A stretch of DNA of 64,000 nt from Vicugna vicugna (Eukaryota): contig MU058584.1 in NCBI GenBank assembly GCA_013265495.1, forward strand, positions 7,344,407-7,408,406, read 5' to 3'. A program made the position numbers and the translations under genes. Every line of letters begins with the position of its first letter. Position 1 is the stretch's first letter. A model generated the notes under the pieces. That model worked only from the letters and a program-made list of their open reading frames with translations, was not told the origin of the DNA and did not search any database. Of the stretch, positions 1 to 12,469 are shown piece by piece.

Positions 1-548
1 TATTGCACAGTATGGGGAATATAGCACCTGCCCAGTATAAACTTTAGTGGGTAAAAATACAGGTGAAGTTCATATTCCATGAAAATTTAATGACATGAAA
101 TTAGTACGTGAAACTTAAATAAATAGATCTGTAAATTTATTGGCTAATTTGAAGAGAGTTATTTTACAATGTGAATCATCAAATACCTTACTTAGTTACT
201 TCTTTGCTGCTGTAGAAAGCAAGGGCGTTTCTGTGACTGGAACTGTAATACACCCCTGTGTTTTCAAATGGTGATTCTTTTCTCTTAGGGAGTTATGATT
301 TCTGTTTCTTATCATTGATAGCACTGATTTTACTGCCAGTGTATGAATAAAACTCTCCTTTTCACTTTATTTTATTCTCTCATTCAGAGAGGTAGCTGTT
401 ATGGCTTTGGGTAAGAAATGGCTGATGATTCTAGGCATTTACATTATAGTCTTTTGTTTTTTTTTGGAGAGAAGGTTTTCAGAGATGTAAAACATTTCAA
501 ATTCCAATTAAATAAAAATTGCCATATAAGATAAGAGATGGTCTGCTT

Positions 549-755
549 AGCCTCACAGATAGAAAGAGCAAACTAATGGTTACCAGGGGGTTGGCGGGGA
601 GGCAATAAAGAGGTGAGAGAGTGGGAGGTACAAATGCTGGGTGTAAAGTTGCCTCAAGGATGTATTGCACAGTATGGGGAATATAGCCAGCATTTTGTAA
701 TAACTGTAAATGAAAAGTAACTTAAAATTGTATAAAAATAGAAAATTTAAAAAAG
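549..755 (+). mobile_element. 5'-truncated LINE-1 3' end
   Basis: L1 3'UTR-type text (...actaatggttaccagggg...tgtattgcacagtatggggaatatagcc...) and an A-rich tail, flanked by a near-identical TSD agagatggtct(g/t)ctt at 534-548 and 756-770. Confidence 0.8.
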
Positions 756-2918
756 AGAGATGGTCTTCTTGTTTAGTCTATATTAGTTGAAGATACCTAG
801 AGGACTGATGTGTTTGTGCCTTCACACTCACATCTAGTTGCTGAAGATGTATTTCTTTCAAACATCATATCCTAGCTGACTATTATAGTTGCTATTATCT
901 GCAGATCACAAATTTGGCTGTTACTTTCCCCCTTGTAATTAATGCCATATTTACACTTTCAATTATGATAATTATTTATGGGTTTAAAAGTGTAGGCAAA
1001 TTATCTTGCACTTTCAATGATACCAGTTATCTGAGCTTCACATAGATGAAAATTACGGGGAGGTATTCAATACACTCTATGCTCAACTCTTTATTTTATT
1101 TAAATACCTTTCTGCTTCCTTGTTTTTCTTAAATTTTAACTCTAGGAATAAATAATAATAGCCAGCAATGATGCCAAGAAGTACTAGCTTTGAAAGCAAT
1201 GTCTTCAGAATAGAAAGCATTAAGTCCCCTTTAAGCTTTCATTTTAATTTTCTTTAGGAAAGTATGGGCTTTGGGGTTGGAGTTCCTCATTATTATGGAT
1301 ATTAGCCTTTTTCATATATTCTGGTTTGTCAGGAAAGCTGACAAAGCCTGATATCCCAAACTGCATGTAATACACGTGGGCTCACGCAGCATGTAACTGA
1401 GAGGGATGGTTGCCCCTCATGTTCTGGATAGTAACCTGCAATTAATGCAGTCTTAGATCACAATAGTTTGGGGGCAGATAAATTTTATTATTGATTTATA
1501 TTGAACTTGCAGTCCACTGTAACTGCCAATTTTTTCCCTTTTTTGTATTTTACTTGCATCTTTTTCTTATGGACTTAAGAACAGGAATTTAAATTTATTA
1601 TGATGGTAAATGTCTTTTGTTAAATTTCGCTGATGATCCTAGCCTATTGAGATAATTTTCAGTCCTGACTCTCTCTTCCAGTTTGGTTACAGTTTCTCCT
1701 TTGTGGTTGTAATAAGCTTATCATCTAACCTTCCCCAAATCACTGCGGGGAGCAGTGCTTCTCAGATCAGGGACTGGGACCTTAGGCAGTAGCCAGAGAC
1801 CTTGTTCCCCTCACACATTTCTTAACCATCTTTGACTTCTGGGTCCCTAGTATTATTCCTGGATGACAAAAATAGAAAATAAAAATCCTCTTAGGATAGC
1901 AAAGTGACTGTCAACCCTCTTAAATCACTTGGCTGCTTATGGTCAAAATGCATTTCCCTCTGGGGGCAGTGACATTTTATATCTGATCACCTTTCATTTC
2001 AATTAGCAAGATTGCTCATCCCCACAGGGAAGGTGTAGGGAGTCCTTGGTGATGAGTCCAAAAGATTCTAAATCACACCAGTTGGAAAACGCCACCAGAA
2101 GATGGATGGTTTTTAATGAAAGCATACTTTTATATTGTGACATTTCAAGTAGGACAACCAGAATTGAGGAAACTGGGGCAACACTTTGTATGCAATTTTC
2201 CTGAGGTAGCTAAAAATATGTTCTCAGTAGAGAATTAATGAATTATAGTGATTTGACGCTAAGCAGATCTGTTTTAATTAGGGATATTTAGCTTACTAGT
2301 AAAATGTCACCACAATTTGAAGGTAGAGAAGTTTTGTTAGAACAGCTTAAATTCATACTCTTTTTTAAACACCTGGCTCAGCATGTGAAAATAAAAATTT
2401 GAAGTACTTAATATGGGTAGTACTACTATGTGATAGCAAACTTCAATTTGTGGTCCCAGCTGGGTGGGCTCTTAGCTCTTACTCTGAGTCAATGAGTTGC
2501 TGAAGAAGTGTTAGCCGGGGAGAAGTTACTGTAAATACACTGTCTGCATGAATGCACTGGCCAGTGAACAGCTTAATGGCATGAAAGTTATGCACAGCTG
2601 AACTTCAGGAAATTTGACAAATGTCCGTTTATAAAACATGATAAATCGGATCATTTCAAAAGTAATGGAATTTTCTAAAATAAGATCTGAACTTTCATAG
2701 TTACACAGAACAATTACAAAATAACTCATTTTTTTCAGTACGTACGGAGTGTATTGATGTTTCAGGCTCTGTGGTAGACATAGAGAAGGCAAAGATGAAT
2801 ATGAAATGGCCTTAGACCCATAGGAGCTAAGAGACTTAAATAGCACAAAATGGCCAATAAAATGGTAAAGCTACTGTCATAACCATAACTATATCACTAT
2901 ATCTAATGTGAAACCATA

Positions 2919-3526
2919 AAGGCATATCTTGTTTTATTGCACTTTGCAGATATTGTGGGTTTTTGTTTTTTTTTTTTTGTAGATTGAAGGTTTTTAACGC
3001 TGCTTGAAACCCCGGTGTCAAGCAAATCTATCGGCACCATTTTTTAAAAACAGCGTTTGTTCACTTTGTGTCTCTGTGTCACATTGGTAATTTTGCAATA
3101 TTTCACAATTTTTCATCATTTGTTATGGTGCTCTGTGATAAGTGATCTTTGATGTTACTATTATAATTGTTTTGGGGCACCATAAACTGTGCCCAAAGAT
3201 GGCCAACTTAATAGATAAATGTCTGTGTCCTTTCTGCTCCACCAATCAGCTGTTATCCCATCTCTGTCCTTCTCCTCGGGCCTCCTCATTCCCTGAGACA
3301 CAGCAATACTGAAGTTAGGCCAATTAATAACCCTACAATGGCCTCTAAATATTCAAGTGAAAGGAAGAATTACACATTTTCCATTTTAAATCAAAAGCTA
3401 GAAATGGTTAAGCTTAGTGAGGAAGGTATGTTGAAAGCTGAGATAGGCCAAAATTTAGATCTCTTGTGCCAAACAGCAAAGTTGTGAACTCAAAGGAGAA
3501 GTTCTTGAAGGAAATGAAAGGTGCTC
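2919..3526 (+). mobile_element. Tigger1 DNA transposon, 5' fragment with decayed transposase N-terminus
   Basis: Starts with a TIR-like aaggcatatcttgttttattgc. ATG at 3338 gives MASKYSSERKNYTFSILNQKLEMVKLSEEGMLKAEIGQNLDLLCQT, matching the Tigger1 transposase HTH start, followed by a frameshift and stop. Confidence 0.9.
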
Positions 3527-4334
3527 AAACATCCTGTCCTTTGCCCTGTTGCTGTGGTTGTGCAGGCTGGATAGTCCACTAGCACAGGCTTGAGCTTTCC
3601 CTGGCCTGGGCAGGCGCTAGGTTCTTGAAAGGTCCCTCACTAAGTGTGAGACACAGAGAGGGCATCTCCCCTCCCTGCCCCTGATGCAAGAGAGTGGGCC
3701 TGGTGGCTTGGCTGCTTACTTTTTCAAAGAAATCTCTTTGCAGATGCTCACTTATCCTCATTCTTTTATTATTTTCAGAAGTGTTAAGGGGGCCCAGGAG
3801 GAATAAAAGTCGTATCAGAGGTATTTCCTGTGTCAGTTCTTCCTGTGGTGTGGCTCTCGTACCTGACAGTTTCCACTGTAACTAAGATACTGTTCCATGA
3901 GGTTGCAGTGGCTTGGTGAAATGAACTAGAGACCTGGGACGAGAATGACCCGAGGTCTCCTATTTCCATCATTTTTTGGTGTTGTGACTTTATAAAAAAA
4001 ATCATTTAAGCTTTTTGATGATCACTTTCCATAAAATGGTTTTCAAGATTGAATGACTTAACGCACCTGAAGGCACTTTGAACCTTATGCTTGTGCTGCA
4101 CACGGCAAAATGCTCTGCTGTTAGTTTGGAACACTTCCTCTGCTATTGACTCTTCTAGTGAACATGATTCTGTGATCATGACACTCAGAACTTACATTTT
4201 TTTCTTCTGATACTAAAAATTGTCTCAAGGGACTCTTATTGTTGGAGTGGAAGTCACATTTGTTTACTAAGCTGTACTGAGGAAAAATGGGAGTCAATTT
4301 GAATGCTGTTTTAAATTTTCTATTGGAACACATG

Positions 4335-4953
4335 CATGATTATTATATCAAGGTAAGTTTCAAGTACTGAATGATGGAGAAAAGCTGTATTTCTAGTTAT
4401 ACTGAAACGATACCAGTATATTTATTATCATCATTATTTTCTTAACTACATTTATATGGCACTTAGCATGCACATACATAAAAGGCATTTATTTAAGTGC
4501 TTTGCATATATTTTATTCTCACAGTAAGCCTGTGAGGTAGCAAGTGATATTATTATTAGTGTTCCCATTTTACGTATTGAAATGGAAGCACAGAGAAGTT
4601 ACAGTTCACTCAGGATATTAATACCTACTTTTAGGGTTGCTGTGAACATGATTATTATATCAAGGTAAGTTTCAAGTACTGAATGATGGAGGAAAGCTGT
4701 ATTTCTAGTTATACTGAAACGATACCAGTATTATTATTATCATCATTATTTTTTTTACATTTATATGGCACTTAGCATGCACATACATAAAAGGCATTTA
4801 TTTAAGTGCTTTGCATATATTTTATTCTCACAGTAAGCCTGTGAGGTAGCAAGTGATATTATTATTAGTGTTCCCATTTTACGTATTGAAATGGAAGCAC
4901 AGAGAAGTTACAGTTCACTCAGGATATTAATACCTACTTTTAGGGTTGCTGTG
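4335..4953. repeat. Tandem duplication, two ~310 bp copies (4335-4644, 4647-4953) containing MIR-derived sequence
   Basis: Near-identical copies from catgattattatatcaaggtaag to ttagggttgctgtg, with a few substitutions and small indels. Confidence 0.95.
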
Positions 4954-5752
4954 GATATTAACAGGAGATAATGTGTCTGTCTGTGAATAAAAATATAGGG
5001 TATGATTTTTGGTCATTTTAGATTTATTCTAAGGGTCAAAAGTTACTAATTATACAAGTCCACATGACTTTGGGGCTTGCACTTGGGCAAAACCACAGAC
5101 TTATGTGGAAATAGATGAAAATGAGCACTTTTTCCTACTTGGCCTATGTGGTTCCTTTCTTCTGTATCCTAGTCCTATTTTTCACTTTATATATGGATTA
5201 CTTTGAGGCCCAAAAAACCATTATATCTTGAAATACTTTTAAAAAAAGGAATCCAGTAGCAAACTCAGAACTATTAAAGAATAATAAAGGTGAAATCATA
5301 TATATTAAAAATTTTAAGGGTAACTCCTATGGTAAACCTTGACTTGTTAGCTTATACGAGATATTACTATTATTATTATTACTTTACTTAGGAGGAAACT
5401 GAGGCACAGAGAAGTTACAGTTTAGCTGGGGTAATAATACTTATTTCCCAGGATTATTTTGGTTATTAACAGGAGTTAATGTGTGTTAATTTAATATCCT
5501 GACTAATATAACAGATACGTCCTAAGATTATAGGCATAAAATAAGTTTTTAGATTCAAGTTCTATTTTAAATGTGATAAATGAAATGGTTTTTGATAAGA
5601 TGTATAATTACCCTCCAAATTATTTTTGGTGTCAGTATGAATTTTTGTATGCAATGCACATCCATCTCATAAAGGTACAACATTCTAAAATCAGCTTTTA
5701 AGACGAAGATGGGTTGTAGTCAAAATCACCATTAGGATCACAAAGCACAATA

Positions 5753-5976
<224 letters not shown>

Positions 5977-7974
5977 CGTGTGTGTCCACAACTATCATTT
6001 CTAACTTTTCACTGCTCACTGTTTATCAATGGCTATCAACTAGTTCTTTAATTTATTCTTTGAAGATGTTAACAAAGAAGAACCCAGTAGTTGTTAACAG
6101 AATTCAGTTTTGTTTTCTTTGGAAACTTCTTTCCTCAACAAGACATAAAAATCAAATGAAGCGCTTGTCAGATTTCAGCCACTGCTTTTATGTTGATCAT
6201 TTGAAAAAACAGTAACCATAATAATAGCCTACGTTGTTTACATCCTTAGTGTGGAATGAACACTGTGCTGAATGTTTCTTTGCATCACCTCATTTAGCGT
6301 TTACCCACAAAGAGGGGTGTATTCTGTCTCCTGCAAGCGTCCATAAATGCTTTATGCTTTCATTCATTCATTCCTCAAATATTTTTTTTTAAATTGAATA
6401 TTTGTTGTTAATTACCTGCCTGGCTTATTTCCAAATCTCTTTCACTTTTTCACTGGGTGCCTTTGTTATCATTTATTTGTAGTTTTAAATGTTTTCTTTT
6501 TTCTTCTTGGCTTTCCCCCAGTTCTGTCTATCCTCCTAAATCTAGTGCACACTCAACTCTTTCCATAAATCCTTTACAGACTTCCCCAGCCTAAAAAGAT
6601 CCCCTCCCTTTGCTAAATCCACGTGGCCCCAAGGTGCACCATTCACTTGTCAGTTACTCATCATGATGTTTTCTATTCTGAAATCTTATTTAAATCCTTT
6701 TTCTTAATTTTCATATGTTTGTCTTCTTTCTCCAACTTGGGTAAGTTCGTTAAGATTGATAGCTTAAAATTTTGTGTCCCCTATAATAGTAGTTGCTTAA
6801 CAAGTAGATTTTTGTATGGCCAGAAAACTCAACTCCCAGTTGAAAGGATACATTATATTACAGAATGAGAAACAGTCTCAATTCTGTAACCTAAGAAGCA
6901 CAATGTGTAATTGAAAGAAATATAAAAACCTTATCACAAAAGCACAAGTTTTGGGAGACTGAAAACAATATTTTTGTGTTATTAAACTTCTTACTAAAAT
7001 GAAGTCCAGAGAACAATAACATACTCTTGAGAGTCTTATCCAGAGCTTGTCTCTCTAGCAGATTAGATCAAGAAGGGGAGAAGATGGCTCATAAAAAGAT
7101 TCTAAAGAGATCTGCTCAGAAAAAGATTTTGTTCCATAAAGTTGATTCATATTGAATGAGCAAATAAATACTGGAAGTTCTAAAATACTGAGAGACATTC
7201 TAGGCCTCATGCATCTTTGAAAAATACTGAATAGTATTTTTGTTTTAAACTTGGAATTGTTCATTCTTTTCACTCATTTGTTCTTTTAATCATTTCTGTA
7301 CCCTTAAGGAATGTTAAGTTGAAGATATAGTTGGTACAGCCGCTACTTTCTGAGCACTTTGATTATAACGTTGGAAATAAGGCATATAAACAAATAGTTC
7401 CTATGCTGTGGAATGTGTAATACATGTTATATAAATATTCTTAAACATGTATTTTGGATAAAGAATCTTTAAGGTAAAATTACATGAGTTGTATGTTCAC
7501 AGAGGAGGAAAACATTCCTCACAGTGGAGTGATCAAAGAAGTTTTTGGTGGAAATGACCTTTGAGTAGGACCTCGTTAGGTAATATTTTGATAGGCACAC
7601 ATTATAATCATGATAATGATATAAGCTATTTATTGAGTGTTTGCTATACAGTGGCCAGCATACTAGGTGTTTTTTTTTAACACACATATTCTTGTGAGGA
7701 AGAGGGTGCCACAGAGTTATCTATGAATTACCTTGAAATTATACTGAAATTTCTGTGTACGTTTGTACATTATTATGGGGGAAGGTTCCAGAGCTTGTAG
7801 AAACACAAACCATGGTAGAGACAGAGTAGCACATGTGATTCCTGGACTTTGAGAAGGTGGTGGGTGGCAGGTGGAAAGAAAGAACTGTTGAGGACAGAGA
7901 AGCTATGAAAGACCCAAGAATTGGATGCCTCTAGGAGATGAGCACTTGAAGTAAGGAGAATCAGTCAGTCTGGA

Positions 7975-8110
7975 ATGGTTAACAGATTGTCCTCTTGAGT
8001 CAGAATGTCTGGATTTAAATCCTGGACTACCACCTCCTAGCTGTGTGATTTTAGGCAGCTTATTTATCCTCTCTGAAACTAAGACCTCTGCTATCTAGAT
8101 TAGCTGTTAG
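7975..8110 (+). mobile_element. MIR SINE
   Basis: gagtcagaatgtctggatttaaatcctggactaccacctcctagctgtgtgattttaggcag matches the MIR core. Confidence 0.7.
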
Positions 8111-9760
8111 GTATTTATTTAAATTTTCTTTGGTTATTTTTAAAACTAAGGGCTTACTCTATGTTAAATGTGTTCATTCATTTATTCTTTGATGCATGTA
8201 TATGATTTACTCTTTGATGTATGTAATGACACATGTTGAGCCCATATAGCTAGTCACTAGGAGACGATTCACTGGGAGAACTTTGATGAAGGAGGCAGCC
8301 ATGGCCATGCTCTTGTCCTCACAGCAGCCCATGAATGAGACACCACTTACAGAGGAGGGAACTGAGGGTTGGGCAAGTTAAATGACTTTCCATATCACAT
8401 GATGAAGATTTGGTGGAACCTTCAAACTTAGATATGACTCCAAAGACTTAAACACTCATGTTCTTGGCTGCAGAACACTACAGCACGGCTGACTCTGCAA
8501 CAGGCAGAACAACAAGGGGAAACTTGCTGTACATTAGGGATGATTTGCATCTAGATTTTGTGGTTGAAAGAGGAAGGATGCGGATGTTTTGCATGGTCTC
8601 TTCTAATGTTATGAAACTACTAACAGGGGTTGTCAAGTAATAGAGCATATTTTTCAAATCAGTTTTTAGTATGATGACGTATTTGGATGATTAAGTAGTT
8701 AATGCATCATTATTAAGATTGCACTTTTTATTGTGATCCGTGTGATATATTCATAGTTGAGGGCTGTTTAAAATGTACCTGTTTTTCAAGCAAGATACTT
8801 TTCTCATATCTTTTCTAATGATTGTCCTTTTCCCAAAGCCTATCTCCTTTGCAAAAGTAATTGATAACATTCATATTTGAGCCCCATTTAAAGAAGGTGA
8901 GTGTCCTTGTGAGAGAGTTTTCTATTTATTAAGTTCCTATTGAGATAATTAGTGACTGTTGGAGCTAAGCATGAATTTACATGCATATTGAGTTGAAAAA
9001 ACCATAATACTGAGCTTCAGGTGAGAACTTTATTTTGTTTCTCTTTATAGGTACATTTCTTTTAGCATCATTTAAACTGACCACATAATGCTAAGTGCTG
9101 GATGTTCTTACAAGAATCCCTTGGGATTAAATTAAAAAATTGCTTAAAGAGGACCTTAAAATATTTTAAATTTGTTTATCTCTATTTAGATAATTCATAC
9201 ACTAATTGATCTGTTCTATTAATTTTTTTCATGCTAGGAGCAATTTCCTTCAAGAAATGATTGGATTGACTCTATTGTCTGAGTCATAGAATAATTTTTT
9301 CAGTTTATGAAGCAAAGTCATCTTGTCAGAGTTACTTTGCATTAGTTTTCTGCAATTAATTTTGAATATCATGCTCAAGAATTTTCATATATTCAAAATA
9401 AAATTTTTATTTTTTATTTGTTAGGCTTATGTTGCAAAAATATGTTCCCTGGTTACCAAGCTATACTGTAACAACTGGCTACTTTGTGCTTGGACCATAA
9501 TCGATAACAAATATTTTTGTACAGCCCCCTACAGCACTGAAGTGATTGCTCTAAAAAGACAGAGTTTAGAGGAGCTGTACCTCTCACGTATAAGACTCTG
9601 TACTTTTGTTAAAATTTAAAGCCTTTAGCACAGCAGGCATTCATGAGAAAATTTTTATGCATTTAGCTTCACATGCTGTGTGTGTGTATATGTACATGTT
9701 TGGGCCAGAGGAGAAAACTTTTTAAAAGTAATACTGCAAAGAATGCCGTAGATAAAAGAT

Positions 9761-10130
9761 TCAAAAATTAAATTGTTCTGTAGAAATTGACAAGCTGATT
9801 CTAAATTCATAGGAAATGCCAAGGACCCAGAATAGCTGAAAAATTTTAAAAAATAACAGCAAAGTTAGAAAATGGGCACTATCTGATTTTAAGATTTATT
9901 ACAAAACTGTAGTAATTGGATAGTATGGCATTGACATAAAGATAGATCAACTAATGGAACAGAACAGAGTTCAAAAATGGACGTACAGGTATACAGACAA
10001 TTGATTTTTTTAATAAAGGTGGAAAGGCAGTTCAATGGAGAAAGGGTAGTATTTTCAACAAATGGTTTTGGAAAAATTGAATATTCATGTAAAAAAAGAA
10101 CTTCTATTTGTACCTTTCACCATATACAAA
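9761..10130 (+). mobile_element. Old LINE-1 ORF2 fragment
   Basis: gaaattgacaagctgattctaaattcataggaaatgccaaggacccagaatagc...caacaaatggttttggaaaaattg is typical of L1 ORF2. Confidence 0.8.
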
Positions 10131-11619
10131 GTTGAGTTGGCTCTGTTTCCAACTGATAATAACCTTCAGGAATTTGTCAAGAAGACCTTTAAGGAGCTTA
10201 CCAAATACACTAAGATCTTGTTAAAATATTTAGATTGAATAGTATTGCTGACAACTTGTGCATAGAAGTACATACTCATAGAAAAAATTTTTTTTGGTTA
10301 AGCAGCAAATATATCCAGTAATGTATATTGTAGTTCTGGTACTTTGAGAATTTTTTTAATTACATATTTGTACACTTGCAGTTCTGATATGATTACTACT
10401 TAAATCTCATTTATAAACTTCATTCCTTATGTATAAGGTTTCATAGGGAAATATTTTCATTTTGCAGATCTTAGATGTTCTATTGTATTTCTTGTATAGT
10501 CGTCTGATCACTTGAACTTTCGTGACAAAGTCTAGTCCTTTCACTTTCAAGTACAGATTTTGTACTTGGCAAATTACGTTATTTTTTGTCGTCTTAAAAC
10601 AAGAAATGATATTGAAATATTTGCTGTTTCTGAAATTGTACATTCAGTTAGCCTTTAATAGTACTATAATAACTTATTTATTTGGAAACCTCTTTTTAAT
10701 TTCTAAACTTAGGTGGTTATCAGGAGGAAGCAAAAGGAGCCTTGGGCAGCCAAAACTAATATTACAAAGTCCATGATCTAAAGCTCATCTTTGCAAGGTC
10801 ATGGCCTTACTCTGGGCATTTCCAGTCTTAATTTAGACTCAGAACCATACTTTAGGTTATGGGACTTCTGAGTCTAAAGTAAAATGTGAAGCTAAAAGTT
10901 AGAATAAGAATATGGCTTAAAAACAGATGTGTTGTCAATCATAAGAAGTGACAGCTGTAAACCTGATACAGGAGAAGAGACGCAAGGAAAAAAAAGCATA
11001 AAAAAGATAAACCAATTTTTATGTAAACAAAGCAATCTATAGCAAAAAGTCATTGAAATAACAAGAAATATTTAAATTATTTACAAAACATTGTTTAAGG
11101 ATACAGGAAACTGTATAATATACATGACTGAATTTCTATAAATTCCAATAGTCACTTGCCAGTACTTACTTTGCCCTTTCAACAGCTTTTAACATTATCG
11201 ATTATTTTCTTCTTGAAAATTACACTATTCTTTTGGCTTCTGTGATGCCAAATACTATTGGTTTTTGCTCTATCTCTTTGGCTGCTCTCTGTTTCTTTTG
11301 CTGATGTATTATCTTCTACCTGGCCTTTAAAGTTTGCACCTGCCCAAGGCTCCTTTCTGTGTCATTTCATATTCTCCCGCAGGCAATCTCCTCTACAGCA
11401 TGGCTTCAGTTACCACTCATGTAGCTATGACTCTCACATTTATAGCTCTCGGGCTAAACTGCAGATGCATATTTCTAGCTGACTACTTGAAACTCTGCTT
11501 GGATATCAAAGACACCAAATATGTCAAAAGCCATATTCAAGATCATTTTCTTCTCCATTATCCACAAACCTCTAGTGTTCTCCAGGGTTTGTTGAGTCAT
11601 TCACTCACTGACTCTTTCA

Positions 11620-12460
11620 CTTTCACACCTGTCAGAATGGCTGTCATTAAAAAGAACACAAATAACAAATGTTGGTGAGGGTGTGGAGAAAAGGAAACCT
11701 TCATACACTGTTGGTGGGAATGTAAATTGGTGCAGCCATTGTGGAAAAATAGTATGGTAATTTCTCAAAAAAAAAAACCCGAAAAGTAGAAATACCAGAT
11801 GACCCAGCAATTCCACTCCTGGGTATATATCCAAAAAAACCCAAAAACACTTATTCAGAAAGATACATGCACCACCAGTGTTCATAAGTGCATTTTTATT
11901 TACAATTGCCAAGATATGGAAGCAACCTAAGTATCCATCAACAGATGAATGGATTAAGAAGATGAGGTGTATATATGTATATATACACACACACACAATG
12001 GAATACTACTCAGCCATAAAAATAATGAAGTCTTGCCATTTACAGCAACAAATGGATGGACTTGGAGGGCATTGTGCTAAGTGAAATAACTCAGACAGAA
12101 AAAGACAAATACTGTATGACGTCACTTATTTGTGAAATGTAAAAATACAACAAACTAGAGAATGTAACAAAAAAAGAAGCAGTGACTCACAGCTATAGAG
12201 AATAAACTAGTGGTCACTAGCGGGGAGAAGAAAGGGGGGCCAATATAAGGGTAGGGGATTAAGAGGAACAAACTATTAGGTATAAAATAAGCTACAGGGA
12301 TATATTGTACAACACAGGGAGGATAGCAAATATTTTATAACTGTAAATAGAATATAACCTTTAAAATTGTAAATCACCATACTATATACCTGTAACTTAT
12401 ATGATATTGTATATCAACTATACTTCAATGAAAAATTAAAAAACTAAAAATTAAAAAAAT
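11620..12460 (+). mobile_element. LINE-1 3' end (ORF2 C-terminus and 3'UTR)
   Basis: ORFs [18 protein letters not shown] and LFTIAKIWKQPKYPSTDEWIKKM; ends ...atcaactatacttcaatg followed by an A-rich tail. Confidence 0.92.
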
Positions 12461-12469
12461 AATTTTTCC

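Larger units (their letters stand above)
6820..11010 (+). pseudogene. Candidate decayed intron-containing pseudogene nested in DNM3 intron 2 (CNBD2-like cyclic-nucleotide-binding protein?)
   Basis: Exon-like blocks follow pyrimidine/AG acceptors at 8555, 9051, 9238, 9425, 10468 and 10713, with GT donors at 8637, 8897 and 9021. The peptides contain stops and resemble CNBD2 motifs in collinear order (comparison from memory). Confidence 0.3.

Noticed and set aside
1953..1971. CTCF-like tttccctctgggggcagtg
   Set aside because: It has mismatches in the CCASYAG half of the core, too weak to call.
4335..4953. CRISPR-like or prokaryotic repeat system
   Set aside because: There are only two long copies and no spacers, and the whole window is mammalian intronic DNA.
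9021..9050. 30 nt GT-AG micro-intron
   Set aside because: Too short for mammalian splicing; at most a deleted intron relic within the candidate pseudogene.
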